This document shows, piece by piece, positions 20,486 through 30,822 of a stretch of 35,029 nt of DNA. The stretch spans positions 1-35,029 of the forward strand of contig JARQWU010000092.1 in assembly GCA_040182905.1 (NCBI GenBank). The letters run 5' to 3'. The notes under the pieces are model-generated. The model saw only the letters and a list, made by a program, of their open reading frames with translations, made no database searches and was not told the DNA's origin. A program made the translations under genes and the position numbers. This stretch comes from Barthelona sp. PAP020 (Eukaryota). The stretch's first letter is position 1, and the number at the start of each line of letters is the position of its first letter.

Positions 20486-20707
20486 TTTAATATTTTTTCA
20501 TCAAATTTAAATGACTCATATCATATTATCATTGAGAAAAATTAAAAAAAAATAAAATAATATTTATTCATTGTGACTGCACAAACATTGTTTGCTATCA
20601 GTATTTTACAACCTTCAAAAAAAATAATTTATTCAACTTCAAATTATTTATTTTGATAAAAAAATGCGTTGGAGATTTAGGAATTTTTATTTTATTTATA
20701 TACAAAA

Positions 20708-22547
20708 ATGCCTGGTATTCAAGTTTTCAAAGATGAATTAAATGCCAAATTAGGTACTGAATTAGGTATTAAAATCAACTATATACAATTTTCTAACATT
20801 TTTAGATGACAAAGAATGGGATGAATTATTAGCCGATTTCGGTTTAGAATTAGATGGTGTTGTTATGGAATCCGAAGTTGTTGAAAATTGGGAAGGTGAT
20901 ATTGACCGAACAATTTATAAAATTGATATTCCTGCAAATCGTACTGATGTTTTGTCTATTGAAGGATTATCTACAGCTTTACGTGTTTATCGTAATGAAA
21001 TGTCGCCTCCTGAGTACGTTGCTACCGAACCTCAGCACGAAAGAATTTCTATTACTGTCGAATCTTCAGTTATCGGACGTCGGCCATACGTAGTTGGAGG
21101 TGTTCTTCATGGTGTTAAATTCGATAAAGGAAGTTATCAATCCTTCATTGATTTGCAAGAGAAATTACATCGTAACATTTGTCGTGATAGAACACTTGTT
21201 GCAATTGGTACACATGATTTAAACAATATTAAAGCACCTTTCCGTTATCTTTGTGAAGATCCAACACAAATTAATTTTGTTCCCCTCAAAAAGGATGTTG
21301 AATGGAGAGCTGATAAATTGATGGAAGAATATGAACAAAATGATCTTCATATTGGACCTTACGTTTCTATCATTAAAGATTTTGACAAGTATCCTGTGAT
21401 TTATGATAGTAACAATCATGTAATGAGTTTACCACCTATTATAAATGGTACATTATCCAAGATATCACTTGACACTACTGATATTTTTATTGAATTAACC
21501 GCTAATGATCATACCAAGGCAAATATTGTTTTAAATACGATTGTAGCAGCATTTTCAATGTATTGTTCAGTTCCCTTTACTTATGAACCTATTGAAGTTA
21601 TTTATCTTGATTCAAATGGAAGACCTTATGTTCCCGAAATCATCGCAAGAACAAAAGGAGGCATGCCTTTGTTATACCCCGATATGTCCCCTCGTTCCAT
21701 GGTTGTTGAGACAAAATATATCAACAATATGTTGGGATTAGAGTTATCACAAGCTGAGATATGTCAATATTTGAAAAGAATGCTTCTTCCCTCCATTCCT
21801 GATGGAAATAACATTCAAGTTTCCATTCCCGTCACAAGACATGACGTTCTTCATGCTTGTGACATTATGGAAGATGTTGCTATCGCTGTTGGATATAACA
21901 ATATTCCTCGTAGATTACCAGATTTCCCAACAACTGGTTCTGAACAACCTATTAATATGGTCACCGATCTTCTACGTCATGAAATGGCAATGGGTGGTTT
22001 CACTGAAGTTCTTACTTTTTCACTTGTTTCTCATCTTGAAAATACTGAGTGGATTAATATGCCCAACAGTACAGTTACAATCGCAAATCCCAAGTCTGTT
22101 GATACTGAAGAAGTTCGACAATCTTTATTGGTTGGACTTTTAAAGACAGTAGTTTCAAAGCACAGATCTCACCCATTACCATTAGCTTTCTTTGACGTCT
22201 CTGATGTTGTTGTTTTGGATGATTCACTTCATGTTGGAGCTAGAAATGAAAGACATGTCGCTGCCATTCATTGTGATACAGAAGACCATTTTGAAATTGT
22301 ACATGGATTGTTAGATCGTGTATTCATTTCAATGGGTGTTTTCACAAATTATAAATTGGTTGAATGTGAAAATCCCACATATTTACCCAAAAGAAGAGCC
22401 AATGTTATCGTTAATGATGAAATTATTGGAACAATTGGTACGTTGCATCCAGAGGTATTGAGGAATTTCGGTATTAATTATCCTTGTGCAGCTTTTGAAA
22501 TCAATCTTGAAAAAATTTCACCCATAAGTCTCGAATCTAATTTATAA
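20708..22547 (+). CDS. FARSB: Phenylalanyl-tRNA synthetase beta subunit; 2 exons (20708-20765, 20806-22547), 599 aa
   Basis: Spliced N-terminus MPGIQVFKDELNAKLGTELD|DKEWDELLADFGLELD. Also IPANRTDVLSIEG, FIDLQEKLHRNICRDR, SLPPIING and RHDVLHACDIMEDVAIA. Confidence 0.97.
20766..20805 (+). other. Spliceosomal intron, 40 nt (FARSB)
   Basis: GTATTA...TTCTAACATTTTTAG, phase 1. Removal restores the frame. Confidence 0.92.
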
Positions 22548-22594
22548 ATGTCGTATCAAAAAGAAAGTTTGTTGTTTATTTATTTATCGTATTC

Positions 22595-22894
22595 TTACTC
22601 ATTATCTTGTTGAAGTTTATGATATAAGGAGAGTAAAGCCAATTCGTTCATGTGATTTAAAGCTGGAAAAAGGTTGGAAATAACAGTCTTTGGAATATTT
22701 GCCAAAGCTTTTCCTTTAACATGCTTTACTAATGATATGCCTTCTAAATTATTAACATCATGCAAATTTTTCCGGGGTTGAATCTTATCAAATAATATTT
22801 GGTTCAAATCTTTTGATTCTTTTAAAATCGGTTTGTAACATTTTTTTAACTCATTATTATATGGCTTGTAAAAACAAAATTCATGACTATACAT
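22595..22894 (-). CDS. Small hypothetical protein, about 99 aa
   Basis: ATG at 22894. The ORF nearly fills the gap between FARSB and the phosphatase. No recognisable motif. Confidence 0.5.
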   Translation of the reverse strand: MYSHEFCFYKPYNNELKKCYKPILKESKDLNQILFDKIQPRKNLHDVNNLEGISLVKHVKGKALANIPKTVISNLFPALNHMNELALLSLYHKLQQDNE

Positions 22895-22955
22895 CAAATT
22901 ATTGTAAAAGAAAAAAAGCAACACTCTTTTTTATTTAGCAATACACATGTGATGA

Positions 22956-23927
22956 ATGGATTATCTTCAATTAGTTGAGAAATTGAAAAAAGGGAAGTTG
23001 TTATCCATAGATGAGTTATTTTCAGTGATAGACAATGTTATTCCAATATTGTTAAAAGAACCAAATATTGTCAAATTAGAGTGTCCAATAAGTCTGGTTG
23101 GAGATATTCATGGTCAATTAGATGACCTTTTGGAACTATTCTGTGTTTCTGGTTTTCCACCTGAATCAAGATATGTTTTTCTCGGTGATTTCGTTGATAG
23201 AGGAGCATATTCTTGTGAAACTATTTCATTACTATTTGTTTTGAAGATCCTATATCCACAAAATGTGTTTTTAATCAGAGGAAATCATGAAAGTGCTTCA
23301 GTAACACGGAATTATGGGTTTTATCAAGAAATTTCAACAAAATATGGAGTTTTAATGCCTTATGAACGGATTATTGAAGCTTTTCAATTTCTTCCTTATG
23401 CCGTTCTGATTTCAAATAAACTATTGGGTGTTCACGGTGGTATTTCTCCTTCTATGCAATCCTTAGATTCATTAAGAATTTTGAATCGTTTCAAAGAATT
23501 GCCTACCGAAGGGATTCTCTCTGATATTGTATGGAGCGACCCTGACAGTTCAATTGATGGTTTTCATAAATCAAGAAGAGGTGCAGGGTATCTTTTCGGT
23601 GAAAAAGTCTTCAAAAAATTCCTGTTTTACAATTCTTTGAATTTATGCGTACGAGCTCATCAGTTGTGTAAGGATGGCTACAATACACATTTTGGCAATA
23701 GTTTAATAACTGTATGGTCAGCACCAAATTATTCAGGAAGATTAGAAAATAGGGCATCTACCATGGATATCTTTGATAATGGGAATTATCGATTCAACGT
23801 GTTTGATTCTCGCCCTAACAATGAACGTGTGGCTACTATAGCAAATATGGAACAAAAAAAGAAAACTCAACATTTGCTGTTTGATTATTTCTTTAAAAGC
23901 AACGAAACAATAATTTTTGATGAATAA
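22956..23927 (+). CDS. PPP-family Ser/Thr phosphatase catalytic subunit, PP2A/PP4/PP6 group
   Basis: GDIHGQ, GDFVDRG, RGNHE, HGGISP, DIVWSDP, RGAGYLFG, RAHQL and TVWSAPNY. The true end may be 23896 (see findings). Confidence 0.95.
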   Translation: MDYLQLVEKLKKGKLLSIDELFSVIDNVIPILLKEPNIVKLECPISLVGDIHGQLDDLLELFCVSGFPPESRYVFLGDFVDRGAYSCETISLLFVLKILYPQNVFLIRGNHESASVTRNYGFYQEISTKYGVLMPYERIIEAFQFLPYAVLISNKLLGVHGGISPSMQSLDSLRILNRFKELPTEGILSDIVWSDPDSSIDGFHKSRRGAGYLFGEKVFKKFLFYNSLNLCVRAHQLCKDGYNTHFGNSLITVWSAPNYSGRLENRASTMDIFDNGNYRFNVFDSRPNNERVATIANMEQKKKTQHLLFDYFFKSNETIIFDE

Positions 23928-24007
23928 ATGCTCATATCTAAAGTTTTAAGTCTTTTTGTTTTTTGGATTTCCAGTTGAAAAATAATTTTTTTCAAAATCA
24001 AAATTCT

Positions 24008-24775
24008 ATGTCCCGAACACCAAGTAACATTGGAGAAATAACTCTAAATATTGATGATCGTGTATCACATTCGATGGCATCTTGTTTATCATCTTTGTTA
24101 GGTTCATTGCAAGAAGATGCGTTGGATAATGGCTGGAATGAACTTGAAAAGCCAATAATGAAGGATTATTTTCCAAATTTACCCACAGTTGACAATGTGA
24201 TGGAATTTAAAGAAAGAGGTGTGTCATCTTTTATCATTCGAAGCCACCAGATCATTAATGCGCCTATTGAAATTGTTAGAGATGCAATATTACAAGAAGA
24301 TTTTGATCAAAGGAAACGATGGGATCTATTGTTGACAAATTTGGTGATTGAAGGAAACATTCTAAATCTTTTTTATGAATCACCTTACATAAAGTTAGTT
24401 TCACCCCTTTTAGTGCCAATTGCAAGAACTGTGCGTGAATCACCAAGAGGAGATGTAATTTTTATTGCTGAAATGGGCACAGGTCCTGATGATGGTAAAA
24501 AAAACAATTTTATTGTCCACAAACCCCAATTTGGAGGATGGATTTTAAGATACGTTAACGAAAATGTGACTGAAGTTCATAATTTAGAGAACATATGTTG
24601 GAATGGTTTTGTACCTTTTTTTATTGCCTCTGTATTTCTTTATGGTATTGGTTCTAGACCCTCTCACCTGAAAAATGTTATTGAACAATCAGATTCAACA
24701 GTTCAAACAAATCCCAAAGTTGGAATTTTGGCTGATGTTGATGAATTCAGTGATAGCGAAAATGTAAATTATTAA
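24008..24775 (+). CDS. START/SRPBCC lipid-binding domain protein, 255 aa
   Basis: First ATG at 24008. RKRWD and GWILRYVNENVTEV...GFVPFFI match START-domain patterns. Confidence 0.7.
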   Translation: MSRTPSNIGEITLNIDDRVSHSMASCLSSLLGSLQEDALDNGWNELEKPIMKDYFPNLPTVDNVMEFKERGVSSFIIRSHQIINAPIEIVRDAILQEDFDQRKRWDLLLTNLVIEGNILNLFYESPYIKLVSPLLVPIARTVRESPRGDVIFIAEMGTGPDDGKKNNFIVHKPQFGGWILRYVNENVTEVHNLENICWNGFVPFFIASVFLYGIGSRPSHLKNVIEQSDSTVQTNPKVGILADVDEFSDSENVNY

Positions 24776-24868
24776 TTGTTCTTTTTTATTGGCGTTTCTT
24801 TTTTTGGACAAATCAAAGAATTGATGAAAAAAAGTGGTCACCAATTTTATTTTTTTTATTTTTTTAAA

Positions 24869-26272
24869 ATGCCTCAAGGATTGTTAACCATAACATTAAC
24901 ACTCGATCAAAGATTTGAAAATATTCTTGTGTGTGGAAATTGTGAAGCGTTGGGCGGATGGGACCCAAATAAAGCGGTAAAATTAACGAAAAGTGAAAAT
25001 ATTTTCAAATCGTCCCTTAAATTTCAAACGGAATCTGATTTCTTAGAATTCAAATTTGTTTGTATGGATGATGATTTACCTTTGCCGAAATGGGAAGAAG
25101 GAAATAATCACATTTTTCGTTTAGATGAAGATGGTAAAATAATTCAATATGATGCTATTGATACATTTAACTATCAATCAACTAAACCTTCCAATAATAT
25201 GTCTGCAACATCTTCTCCTCATGTTGAAAAGAGAAATCAACCTGACATCAAACACAATGTAGAGACTGTTGTTGAATGTGAAACACAAAATGACAGCAAA
25301 GTCAAACAAAATAATTCTCCTCTTCTTAACAAAAAAGAAGTTTCTGAAAGTGACAAATTATCAACAATCAACACTGTTGAAGAGGTTAAAAAAGACGAAA
25401 TTGATTTGCAAAATACAAGTACTAATGAGGAGCCTCATGATTCAAAAGATGTGACACCAGAAATAGAGAAGATTAATAATGCCACAATTGAAATTGTCGA
25501 TCAAAAGAAGGATGCAACTGAAGGCAAAAAGAAAGTTACACCAATTGATAAAAAAAAAGTTGGTCTTTCTTTAGCTGATAAACTGAAACAGGGATCTGCA
25601 AATGAAAAAAAAAAGGCTTCATCTACACCCTTGGCTTCTGTTAAGAATACTCAAAACATTTATTCTCACATATCTAATGAACACACTCTCAGAGCACTGA
25701 ACAAAATTGAGAAGAGAAAGAGTAATTTAAAACAATCATCCTTTGACAAGGTTAATGAAAATGAAAATATTGAAAAAGTAGTTGCATCTGTTGAAAAGGA
25801 AGAAACAAAAGAATCTGTCATTATTAAAAGTCGTGATGTTTCCAAGAATAAAGTTAAAAAAGGAAATCAAAGATCAAATACTCCTAAATCAACAAAGTTG
25901 CAGAAATCAAAAACTAGCAGTGTTTCTCATGGTGGATTTTCAACGACAAATATTTACGACAATTTCAGGAAGGCTAACAAGCCCAGAGATTCTGATAAAA
26001 CAGAAATTGAAAACTACAAATCGGAGACTGAATCGGATTCTGAATTGGAATCTCTCAATCAAGTGGCTAGAAGGCCCAATAGATCTTCAACCAGATCAAG
26101 AACACCAAAACATAAAAAGCAAAAAAATAGAAGTCAAAAGGTGAGCGTTTCCCAAACAATTGACAAGCCAAACAATACTAAACAAGCAAATTTTAACACT
26201 GGGGTCATTATGATTTCCATTTTGTTGATTGTATTGCTCATTTTGGTTTTTTTTATGATTTTTCGTAAATAA
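24869..26272 (+). CDS. CBM20 starch/glycogen-binding domain protein with long disordered linker and C-terminal transmembrane anchor, 467 aa
   Basis: ILVCGNCEALGGWDPNKAVKL...LEFKFV...KWEEGNNH (CBM20), then a K/E/S/N-rich linker, ending VIMISILLIVLLILVFFMIFRK. Confidence 0.85.
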   Translation: MPQGLLTITLTLDQRFENILVCGNCEALGGWDPNKAVKLTKSENIFKSSLKFQTESDFLEFKFVCMDDDLPLPKWEEGNNHIFRLDEDGKIIQYDAIDTFNYQSTKPSNNMSATSSPHVEKRNQPDIKHNVETVVECETQNDSKVKQNNSPLLNKKEVSESDKLSTINTVEEVKKDEIDLQNTSTNEEPHDSKDVTPEIEKINNATIEIVDQKKDATEGKKKVTPIDKKKVGLSLADKLKQGSANEKKKASSTPLASVKNTQNIYSHISNEHTLRALNKIEKRKSNLKQSSFDKVNENENIEKVVASVEKEETKESVIIKSRDVSKNKVKKGNQRSNTPKSTKLQKSKTSSVSHGGFSTTNIYDNFRKANKPRDSDKTEIENYKSETESDSELESLNQVARRPNRSSTRSRTPKHKKQKNRSQKVSVSQTIDKPNNTKQANFNTGVIMISILLIVLLILVFFMIFRK

Positions 26273-26427
26273 TATAAGTATTTGAATTGCAGTTTTTATT
26301 TGTTATTTGTAACATTAAGTTGATGGTTAATTCTAGTTTAAAATTCCAAGTGAATATGATCAGAAGTTGGAAAAGGCCAGAATGTGAAAATCAAAATGAA
26401 CCATTTTATTTATTTTTTACCTGTCAA

Positions 26428-27154
26428 ATGGAACCTCAGAAATCATTACTCAAATATAACAAACCAGTGTTAGTTGCTTCTAACGAAGATGCTGCTGCAA
26501 AGACTAGACAAACCGGATCTCAAACAAAAGACATTTTAAATTCCATTTTACCCCCACGGTATTTTACATTAAATTAAAACATCAACTAATTTATTTAGTC
26601 AATTTGAACAAGACAATCAACTTTGGATTCAAACTGTTTCATCCACACCTGCCACCCGTTTAGATGTGGTTAAATTACAAGAACAATTAGATGAACAATT
26701 AAGAAAACGTCAAGCAAGAGATGTTGGTATTTGTTTGGTGAGAAGAGAAATTTATTCTCAAGTTTTTGATGAACTCATTCGTCATGTTACAATAGAATGT
26801 GCAGAACGTGGTTTATTATTACTACGTATTCGTGATGAATTAATGATGTCTTTACAAGCTTATGAGACTTTATATGAAAGTGCTGTTGCATTTGGTATTA
26901 GAAAATCACTAAGATCTGAACAAGGAAAAGGTGAATTGATTGAAAAATGTGAAAAATTAGAAATTACAAAAGCGACATTGGAACAAAATATTGCTCAGTT
27001 AAATAATCAATTTGAAAATTTGGAAAGAAGAATGCATGAAAGAATTTCCACCTTAGAATCCAAACATTCCCAGGAAGTTCAGGCTTTAAGAAAAGGAAAT
27101 CAACAATTACGTCAACAACTTGAAACATATCTTGCTCCTGGTCAAACTAAATAG
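26428..27154 (+). CDS. DNALI1: Axonemal inner-arm dynein light intermediate chain p28; 2 exons (26428-26558, 26599-27154), 228 aa
   Basis: SLLKYNKPVLV...DILNSILPPR|QFEQDNQLWIQTVSSTPATRLDV...RQARDVGIC...FDELIRHVTIECAERGLLLLRIRDE. Confidence 0.95.
26559..26598 (+). other. Spliceosomal intron, 40 nt (p28)
   Basis: GTATTT...AACTAATTTATTTAG, phase 2. It joins two ORF-track fragments into one conserved protein. Confidence 0.93.
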
Positions 27155-27357
27155 AGTGTTTAATAAATATACAAAGAGTTAACAAGAAAATGTGTTCGAT
27201 TTTTCAATATGTGTAAAGAGAAAATAAATAAAGCAATTTTTTTTTTTTTGTCCAATTTTTCTTGAAATAATTGCTATTTAATATTTTTTTTGATAAAAAA
27301 TCTATTCTTGAGTCCAAAATAGGTGGTTACATTGAAACAAATTTTTTTTTATCAGCC

Positions 27358-27954
27358 ATGTTTGAAATTCTGAAAATTATTCAAGAGTTGAAGCAATGGT
27401 ATGAAATACTTGAAGAAGAGATTAACGATATGAAAAGAGATGTACAAATTTGCAAATTTTGGAATACCAAATATCAAACCATGAAATGGAGAAAACCAAT
27501 CAAAAGATTGAATTCTTTAATTTCTGAAAAAGAAAAACTGCTTCATGCCATTGAATATCAAATGAGTCTTTTTAATATTCATTCAAATGTTGGATCTCAG
27601 TTACTAAATCGATTAAATAGATTAAATTTGAATTGTAACGAAAGATCTGGCATTAAACAAAACTCAACCGACACTTTTGAAAGTTCTTTTGTCAAAAAGC
27701 AACCCCTATTTGAACAAAAACAACTTCAACAATTTCCAATCAAGAGCAATTCCCAAAAGATGCAACAAAGACAGCAAGAGCACTCAGGTCAATCTAATTT
27801 CAACTTTACACCTTCAAACAATATGATGTTTTCCACCATAAATCAACCATATTCATCACCAATGGGTACAATACCTTCAGATAATGATGATAAAGATTCT
27901 TGTACAACTGAATATTTGACCAATCTTAAAAATTCCATAATCGCATCTTTGTAA
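27358..27954 (+). CDS. Hypothetical coiled-coil protein with Q/S/N-rich tail, about 198 aa
   Basis: First ATG at 27358. Heptad-like N-terminal half and low-complexity C-terminal half; no family recognised. Confidence 0.6.
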   Translation: MFEILKIIQELKQWYEILEEEINDMKRDVQICKFWNTKYQTMKWRKPIKRLNSLISEKEKLLHAIEYQMSLFNIHSNVGSQLLNRLNRLNLNCNERSGIKQNSTDTFESSFVKKQPLFEQKQLQQFPIKSNSQKMQQRQQEHSGQSNFNFTPSNNMMFSTINQPYSSPMGTIPSDNDDKDSCTTEYLTNLKNSIIASL

Positions 27955-28129
27955 AATAAAATAAAATAAAATAAAAAAAATAAAAAATTGTTTTCTCTCT
28001 GTTTTTTTTTTTCTTTAAAAGCAATTTTTTAAAAAAAAGAACAGTTATTGTAAATTTTAACTATAAATAAGTTAGTTGAAAAATATAATTTGTAATTTTA
28101 AATTTAATAATTTAATGTTTCAAAAGATA

Positions 28130-28900
28130 GGCAAAAATATTTCATTTTAGGTTGAATGATTTTGGTCCAGTTTGTGAAACAATTGGTCAAGTTGTGAAAC
28201 AACTATATTTATTTACAAAGAAAAAGTAATCAGAGAAAACTCATTTTATTAAATCTCAGCCACAGAAAATGAGTGGCTGCAATTGAATCTTGGTCATCAA
28301 GTATTAAAATTGTGGAAAAATTTTCCTGTATTTTTTGCAGAAGAAACTTTAAAGTTTAAACTTTACCTAAGAAAATCAAAAGTTGTTCAACAGATCAATC
28401 GGGCCTCGAAAACCCTTAACCAAAAAAACACAATTCTTTTTTATTCACTCATACCCAAAGTGCTTCTTGGCTTGGAAATAATTATAAAGAACTTTAAATT
28501 TTCTGAGAAAGCAATTTTGAGTTTGAAAAGAGCAAAATCTTTAAAACCCAACATGTTAAGCAAATATCTTGTAAATATTTCTCTTTTTCTGTTTGTGTTC
28601 AGTTTTCACTGAACCATAAATTATATAATCAAACTAACTTTGGAAAAATGTTAGTCTTCATTAATTAAACAAAATTCAAAAATTTCAAAAAGAAAGAGCA
28701 AAAATTGCTTTCAATTTCACAAAAAGAGCAATATGGTTTATAAATTTCATTTAATTTGAGCAAAAGGGCAAAAAATTCTTTTCAATTCAACAAATTCTCA
28801 AACAAAATGGTAATTCTGAAAGAAATTAGCAAACAGACAAAAAATACTTTTCAGACAATATTTTCAAAAACAGGTTTTATGAAAAATAAAATATATGGTT
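28130..28900 (-). pseudogene. Decayed LRR-like gene (copy B of the family)
   Basis: Minus strand shows 23-codon periodic units LKSIFCLFA / LKRIFCPFA / LKAIFALSF (28690-28860), then YFQAKKHFGYE*IKKNCVFLVKGFRGPIDLL. Many stops; boundaries approximate. Confidence 0.6.
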
Positions 28901-29354
28901 TTTTTATCAAAAAGTACTTTTGAAACAATGGAATTCATCAAAATAATTATTTTTTTTTGTAGTGAAAAAGAAGTTGCACAAATGGAGTAAATTGATAAAA
29001 TTAAAAGTTTTATTTTGTAAAAAGGTAAAAGCAATGAACATTTTTGGAAACATTCAAAAACTCTTCCAAATGAAAAAAATACAAAAAAACAGCATCAATT
29101 TAAACAACTAAAAAGAAATAAACTTTCCTTCAATGAAAGAGTTTCAAACAAAAAAAAAAGAACAAAAAAAGACAAAGAAATTATAAAAAACAAAAAAAAA
29201 TTTGTTGATATAATGTTTTCAATTTTAAAATAACTGAAAAACTCCCGATTGTCAAAGAGATTGAAAGAAAAATGATTTGAAAAATTGAAAAAAAATTCAT
29301 AAATTTACATTTTTTTCCAAACTCAATTTTCGCTTTTTCTGGCATTCCGATTAG

Positions 29355-29837
29355 ATGGTTCATTCCTACGGTTTAAGAAGTGGTACTCGTTATCTTTTTT
29401 CACGTGATTTCCGCAAAAAAGGAACTATGAAAACTTCCACAGTCCTTCGTACTTTTAAGATCGGCGATTACGTCGATATTAAGGCCGATGGTGGTGTTCA
29501 AAAAGGTTTACCTCACAAATTCTATCATGGAAAGACTGGTCGTGTTTGGAATATTACTCCCCGTGGTGTTGGTGTTGAAGTTTTAAAGAAAGTTGGTCAC
29601 AGATACATGAATAAGCGTATTTCCGTTAGATATGAACATGTTGTTCCTTCTAAATGTCGTGATGCTTTTATTGCTCGTGTTAAGAAGAACGACGCTTTAC
29701 GTGCCGAAGCCAAGAAGGCTGGAAAGGAAGTTTCCACCAAGATTCAACCTGAAGGTCCCAGAGGTGCTTTTATTGTCAAATCCAATAAGACTCAACAACA
29801 AACTATCTCTCCTGTTACTTTCGAACAACTTTACTAA
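29355..29837 (+). CDS. RPL21: 60S ribosomal protein eL21
   Basis: HSYGLRSGTRYLF, FKIGDYVDIK, VQKGLPHKFYHGKTGRVWN and KRISVRYEHV. Confidence 0.97.
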   Translation: MVHSYGLRSGTRYLFSRDFRKKGTMKTSTVLRTFKIGDYVDIKADGGVQKGLPHKFYHGKTGRVWNITPRGVGVEVLKKVGHRYMNKRISVRYEHVVPSKCRDAFIARVKKNDALRAEAKKAGKEVSTKIQPEGPRGAFIVKSNKTQQQTISPVTFEQLY

Positions 29838-29943
29838 TTTGTATGTATTTGTTGTTTGAAAATCACTTTACTGCCGGTAAATCGTAACCATTTTTTGTTT
29901 CTTTTTATTTTTTTATTGTTATTGATTTTTTTAATATTATGAT

Positions 29944-30822
29944 ATGAATTTATTTGAGGAATTTCTTGAAATTGTTGATGAATTTGATGATTTGAATGAA
30001 GATGAAAATGATCAAGGTCAATCGTTGTTTTATGGCATTGGAAAAAAGTTATTTGGAAATATAGATGAAACAGAAAACAGAACATTTATGAAGGAAAGTC
30101 AAGAACATTTAATATGTCATGAGAATTTTTTGAAGGTTTTGAAGGAAATTGAAGAATTGGATGAGGAATTGCAAACAAATAAGAAAATCTTTTTTCATGA
30201 AGATACATCATTTCGATGTGTAAATATGAGTAAATTGGATGAATTTAATCAAAATTTTCAATTTCAAGCGGGAACTTTTTTCAAAATCTTACAATCAACT
30301 TCTGATGAAATCGAAAACTTAAAATTATCATCAAAACAATTAGAATCTTTGCTTTTTGGATGTTTACAATATATCTATTTTGAATTAAACAAGGTTATTT
30401 CGTTACATTCTTATTACAATAAAATACATGAAATCAATTTTGAGCAAATTAGTTTAAAAGAGATCAATTGCATTCAAACCGACGTTAACATTGAAAATGA
30501 TGGTTTTAAGGATCGTTTGATGGCTGAAAATATGATGTTAAAAAACACTTATTCCACAAAACGTGATTTGATTCTAAAAACTGAAAAACAAGTCAATGAA
30601 ATAACAAAATTAACGTCAGCTATAGTAAGTAATGTGAACATTCATCGAGAATTGATGATAAATATTGTTACCAGCACAGATGAAGTTGCACAAAATTTAG
30701 AAAGGACAGTTGATGACTTATTTAAAACAAAAAACCTTTCAAAAGAAAGTGGTCGTTGGTTGGCTTTGTTTTTTATTATCATTACCATTTTTATTATTGT
30801 GTTGGATTTGATATGTCCTTAA
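29944..30822 (+). CDS. Syntaxin-like SNARE, probably Syntaxin-18/Ufe1 type
   Basis: LMAENMML preceding the SNARE heptads EKQVNEITKL...NLERTVDDL, followed by a C-terminal TM WLALFFIIITIFIIVLD. Confidence 0.7.
   Translation: MNLFEEFLEIVDEFDDLNEDENDQGQSLFYGIGKKLFGNIDETENRTFMKESQEHLICHENFLKVLKEIEELDEELQTNKKIFFHEDTSFRCVNMSKLDEFNQNFQFQAGTFFKILQSTSDEIENLKLSSKQLESLLFGCLQYIYFELNKVISLHSYYNKIHEINFEQISLKEINCIQTDVNIENDGFKDRLMAENMMLKNTYSTKRDLILKTEKQVNEITKLTSAIVSNVNIHRELMINIVTSTDEVAQNLERTVDDLFKTKNLSKESGRWLALFFIIITIFIIVLDLICP

Noticed and set aside
29310..29357. Pyrimidine tract plus AG directly before the RPL21 ATG (5'-UTR intron, trans-splice acceptor or TOP motif)
   Set aside because: There is no GT donor at mini-intron distance and no CTAAY, and other genes lack AG before ATG. 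It cannot be told apart from an ordinary T-rich promoter.
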